This document shows, piece by piece, positions 60,005-64,000 of a stretch of 64,000 nt of DNA. Made by a program: the position numbers and the translations under genes. Position 1 is the first letter of the stretch, and every line of letters begins with the position of its first letter. The DNA comes from Macrostomum lignano. Lineage: Eukaryota. Under the pieces are notes generated by a model. The model saw only the letters and a list, made by a program, of their open reading frames with translations. It was not told the DNA's origin and searched no databases. Where the stretch lies: NCBI GenBank assembly GCA_002269645.1, contig NIVC01004429.1, forward strand, positions 1 to 64,000. Reading direction: 5' to 3'.

Positions 60005-60539
60005 CAATTGATAAGAGTAGAAGAACATGCTTCTCGGATCAATGGCCTGAGAATCGAGGCCAGGACTAGCAGGACGCTGCGCAGAGCGGGCTGGGGCCGC
60101 ATCATGGCAAATCAGAATCGAGGCGCACATAAGCCTGAGGGGCTGGGAGAGGCAGGCAGAGAGACACAGAGGTTACTGGGGATCTGGCGTGTGTTTGGTA
60201 GCCTTGAGTTTGAGCTGGAAGGATGAAGGCGGAGGCCTAGCACGCGGATGATCGTTCCTTTTTCCTCCAGCCTTGCTCTCTCTGCCCCCCCCCCAGCTCC
60301 GCTCTCTCGTCGTGGATTTTGCGAGGAATCGCGCGAATCATACAGATAGAGAGAGAAAGAGGTCACAATATTGGCCTGGCCCTATAGCCTATAGCTTAAC
60401 TCCAGGCTACCAATCTCTATATAGCGTTCCCGTTGCTAAAGCCCACTATTGCTCAGGCGACTGAGCTAACCAGTGCTATATTGTGCTTGGAAATTCAGAC
60501 AGACTCCCTGCACCCGGGTGATTACTCCCGCCCGGAGCG

Positions 60540-60983
60540 ATGGAGCCGCAGATTCGCATCCAGCTGGAGCCGCCGGCTGAGGAGAGCGGCAAGGTGACGA
60601 TCATTTCGCCGCCCGACATCGCCGGAGCCGCGCCGCCGGCAGTCGCTGGCGACACCGTCCAAGTTCGCCGCCAACTGTCGCCCAATTCGTCTACGTCGTC
60701 TCGATCCCGACGCTCCCGCTCGCTGCCCTCGGTGCACGAGGAGCCATCAGCGGGTGGATCGACTGCCGCAGGCGGCTGCGGCGGTGGCAGTGGCAGCGGA
60801 GTCGGGGTCGCCGATAGCGACGCCGCCGCTTCGCCCTGTAGTCGGCGCAAGCTGTCGGACTCGGTGCGTCGCCTCGCCATCGACACGATGCCGGCGCCGG
60901 TGGACCCCAACGCTAGGCAGCGGCGTCGGTCGTTTGACGCTTCGGCTCTGCAAAATTTGAGCTCCATTCAAGAGACCGAATAA
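60540..60983 (+). CDS. Short single-exon Ser/Arg/Gly-rich ORF, 147 aa, unknown function
   Basis: GC-rich island with codon-like periodicity, an acceptor-like AATTCAG at 60498 and a sharp return to AT-rich sequence after the stop. Confidence 0.5.
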   Translation: MEPQIRIQLEPPAEESGKVTIISPPDIAGAAPPAVAGDTVQVRRQLSPNSSTSSRSRRSRSLPSVHEEPSAGGSTAAGGCGGGSGSGVGVADSDAAASPCSRRKLSDSVRRLAIDTMPAPVDPNARQRRRSFDASALQNLSSIQETE

Positions 60984-61489
60984 TGGGATTTTTATCCTCC
61001 TACAATTAGTCTGCGTGCGAACTTACTACTAACTTTTTGTGTAAGAATGAGGCTCTTAGCATCTTCATATGTCTGGGTTCTCTGGAAGGGAATCAGCATC
61101 TTTAAAAGGTTGTCAGGCTTCTTTTAGAGGGTCTCGGCATCGTTTGAAGAGTGTCAGCGACTAGAAAAGATTGAGCAAATTTTTAAAATGTCTCCAGTGT
61201 CAGTGTTTTTTTGAAGGCTGTCAGCATATCTACAGGGTGCCGGGGATTTCTATAAGGCTGTCGGAATCTCGGTAAAAGGCTTTAGCATCTTTATTGGGTG
61301 TCAGGGTTTTGTACTGGTAGAATGCACCAGACTAGCATCTCTAGAATGGTGTCAGAACATTTGGAAATGTTTTTGCGCATCTATAAGCTCTCTGGAGGGA
61401 TGTCCGCATCTCAGCTTCTCTAGAAGGTGTTAGCACTTTTAGGATTATCAGCATCTCTATGATGTGTCAGGCTTCTCTAAAATTCTGTC

Positions 61490-61805
61490 AGCATAGAAGG
61501 GTGTCAGCATCAATAGAAGGGTGTCGGCATCAATAGAAGGGTGTCAGTATCAATAGAAGGGTGTCAGTATCAATAGAAGGGTGTCAGTATCAATAGAAGG
61601 GTGTCAGTATCAATAGAAGGGTGTCAGTATCAATAGAAGTGTGTCAGTATCAATAGAAGGGTGTCAGCCTATCTATAAGTGTCAGCTTATCTAGAAGTGT
61701 GTCAGCATCTATAGAAGTGTGTCAGCATCTATAGAAGTGTGTCAGCATCTATAGAAGGGTGTCAGCCTATCTATAAGAGTGTCAGCTTATCTAGAAGTGT
61801 GTCAG
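61490..61805. repeat. 20-bp minisatellite (GTGTCAGTATCAATAGAAGG) with degenerate copies back to ~61080
   Basis: Seen directly. Confidence 0.93.
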
Positions 61806-62419
61806 TAATCTGAGTTCTCCAAGGGAAAACTCAGACATCACTGGTTCTTCAGTGATGGCCTCTGAGTTTTAAAATAAAATTCTTATCTAGCCAGATGTCA
61901 GTCGGAAAAACCCATTTGATTATATTTATCAACCATAGCTTCACGGACAGCTATAATACACTTGAATCTGTCTATGGCGATACCTCATTCAGCGCTGTGC
62001 AAAAAGTCAAATCTTTTTGCTTAGTTTTAAATCCCTCTCTGGGCCACGCGCCTCTATCCAGCAATGTAAAGCAGATTCCAAGCATTATTGAGTCAATCCT
62101 GTTTTATCATTTATCTGCCGTGATATTTATTTGCATTAATAAACCAGATGAAACTCGCTCATCCATAGTAGATACGAGCACCCGTGACAACGTTTGTCAC
62201 TTTGCTTGTGCTGCTTGTCAAATCTGTCACTGCACGACAGCTCGCGATTCATTTTTAGCAAGTTCTCTGCCGCCGGTATTTTATCTTCCCCCTGATCCCC
62301 TGACTAGACTGCCCTCCCAGATTTTTGTTCACTTTTGTGACGTGCTGCACCCGAGGCCCTTTCTGTGCACCTGCTGACCGGCTTCTCCGCCTCTGAGTTT
62401 ATTCACTCTCCTGCACTTC

Positions 62420-63660
62420 TCTGCTTCCTCTCGCTCCCTCTCCCTCTCCTTCTCCCTCTCCCTCTCTCTCTCCTTCCTCTCCCTCTCTCTCCTTCCTCTC
62501 CCTCTCCCTCTCCTTCCTCTCCCTCTTTTTGCCCCTCTCCCTCTCCTTCCTCTCCCTCTTTTTGTCCCTCTCCCTCTCCTTCCTCTCCCTCTTTTTGTCC
62601 CTCTCCCTCTCCTTCCTCTTGCTCTCGCTCTCCCTCTCACTCTCCCTCTCTCTCTCTCCCTCTCCTTCCTCTCCCTCTCCTTCCTCTCCCTCTTTTTGTC
62701 CCTCTCCCTCTCCTTCCTCTTGCTCTCGCTCTCCCTCTCGCTCTCCCTCTCCTTCCTCTCCCTCTCCCTCTCCCTCTCCTTCCTCTCCCTCTCCCTCTCC
62801 CTCTCCCTCTCCTTCCTCTCCCTCTTTCTCTCCCTCTCCTTTCTCTCCCTCTCCCTCTCCTTCTTCTCTCTCTCCCTCTCCTTCCTCTCCTTCCTCTCCC
62901 TCTTTCTCTCCCTCCCCTTCTCCTCTCCTTCCTCTCCCTCTCCTTCCTCTCCCTCTCCCTCTCCTTCCTCTCCCTCTCCCTCTCCTTCCTCTCCCTCTTT
63001 TTGTCCCTCTCCCTCTCCTTCCTCTCCCTCTTTTTGTCCCTCTCCCTCTCCTTCCTCTTGCTCTCGCTCTCCCTCTCGCTCTCCCTCTCTCTCTCTCCCT
63101 CTCCTTCCTCTCCCTCTCCTTCCTCTCCCTCTTTTTGTCCCTCTCCCTCTCCTTCCTCTTGCTCTCGCTCTCCCTCTCGCTCTCCCTCTCCTTCCTCTCC
63201 CTCTCCCTCTCCCTCTCCTTCCTCTCCCTCTCCCTCTCCCTCTCCCTCTCCCTCTCCCTCTCCTTCCTCTCCCTCTTTCTCTCCCTCTCCTTTCTCTCCC
63301 TCTCCCTCTCCTTCTTCTCCCTCTCCCTCTCCTTCCTCTCCTTCCTCTCCCTCTTTCTCTCCCTTCCCTTCTCCTCTCCTTCCTCTCCCTCTCCTTCCTC
63401 TCCCTCTCCCTCTCCTTCCTCTCCCTCTCCCTCTCCCTCTCCCTCTCCCTCTCCCTCTCCCTCTCCCTCTCCCTCTCCTCTCCCTCCTCTCCCTCTCCTT
63501 CCTCTCCCTCTCCCTCTCCTTCCTCTCCCTCTTCCTGTCCCTCTCCCTCTCCTTCCTCTCCCTCTCCCTCTCCCTCTCCCTCTCCCTCTCCCTCTCCTTC
63601 CTCGCTCTCCCTCTTCTTCTTCTTCCTCTCCCTCCCATTCTCCGTCCTCTCTCTCCCCAA
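62420..63660. repeat. Polypyrimidine (CTCTCC/CTTCCT)n low-complexity array with internal block duplications
   Basis: Almost purely C/T on the plus strand; source of all ORFs between 62329 and 63901. Confidence 0.97.
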
Positions 63661-64000
63661 CTCCCACTCCTTCTCCCTCCCACTCTTCTTCCTACTCCTT
63701 ATCTTCTTCCCCCTTCTGCTACTCTTCCCTCTTCATCCCTCTCCATCACAATCTCTCTACCTGCCTAACAACACGGATTTCCATCCCACCTGCCTTTTCA
63801 TTCCCTTTCTCTTAAATCTAGTCAGCATAAAATTCCCTGAATTTTCGAAATCCTCCATCATTATTACCGGCTTTTGTTCTCCACAGAGAATCCGTGTTTG
63901 ACTGACTGTTCGAAAACAAACACTTGACTAGACATTCGAGAACTAATCCTCCAATACAGGCTGGAACTACTTGAACGTTTCTTTTGAATGAACCGACTCA

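Noticed and set aside
62329-63901. Glu/Gly-rich ORFs resembling RPGR ORF15
   Set aside because: The resemblance comes from a C/T low-complexity array that is open in nearly all frames. It lies on the opposite strand from, and 61 kb away from, the RCC1 exon.

Overview
Eukaryotic (animal) genomic DNA with no prokaryotic features and no CRISPR array. GC-rich, intron-poor genes sit among roughly twenty minisatellites, which suggests a Macrostomum-like flatworm (inference only). Recognisable genes: a terminal exon of an RCC1-repeat/coiled-coil/CaaX protein (115-1337, two compensating frameshifts), an intronless N-acylation-type globin (6358-7077), a two-exon CHERP orthologue (minus, 18747-25028), an internally deleted NCS-type EF-hand protein (minus, 39444-39908) and a roughly 2,000-codon low-complexity ORF broken by two frameshifts (50297-56390). 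Mobile DNA: a near-intact Ty1/copia element nested in a satellite (11918-16579), two tRNA-derived SINEs and a mariner remnant. The most unusual structure is a 4.8-kb foldback-like DNA transposon (28712-33494). Its arms are inverted tandem arrays of a 161-bp unit and enclose a 1-kb divergent DDE/SWIM-like transposase relic. Next to it lies a 2.9-kb block in which I found only one CpG. Most ORFs in the supplied track are repeat-derived artefacts. Protein family assignments rest on recalled motifs, not on database searches.
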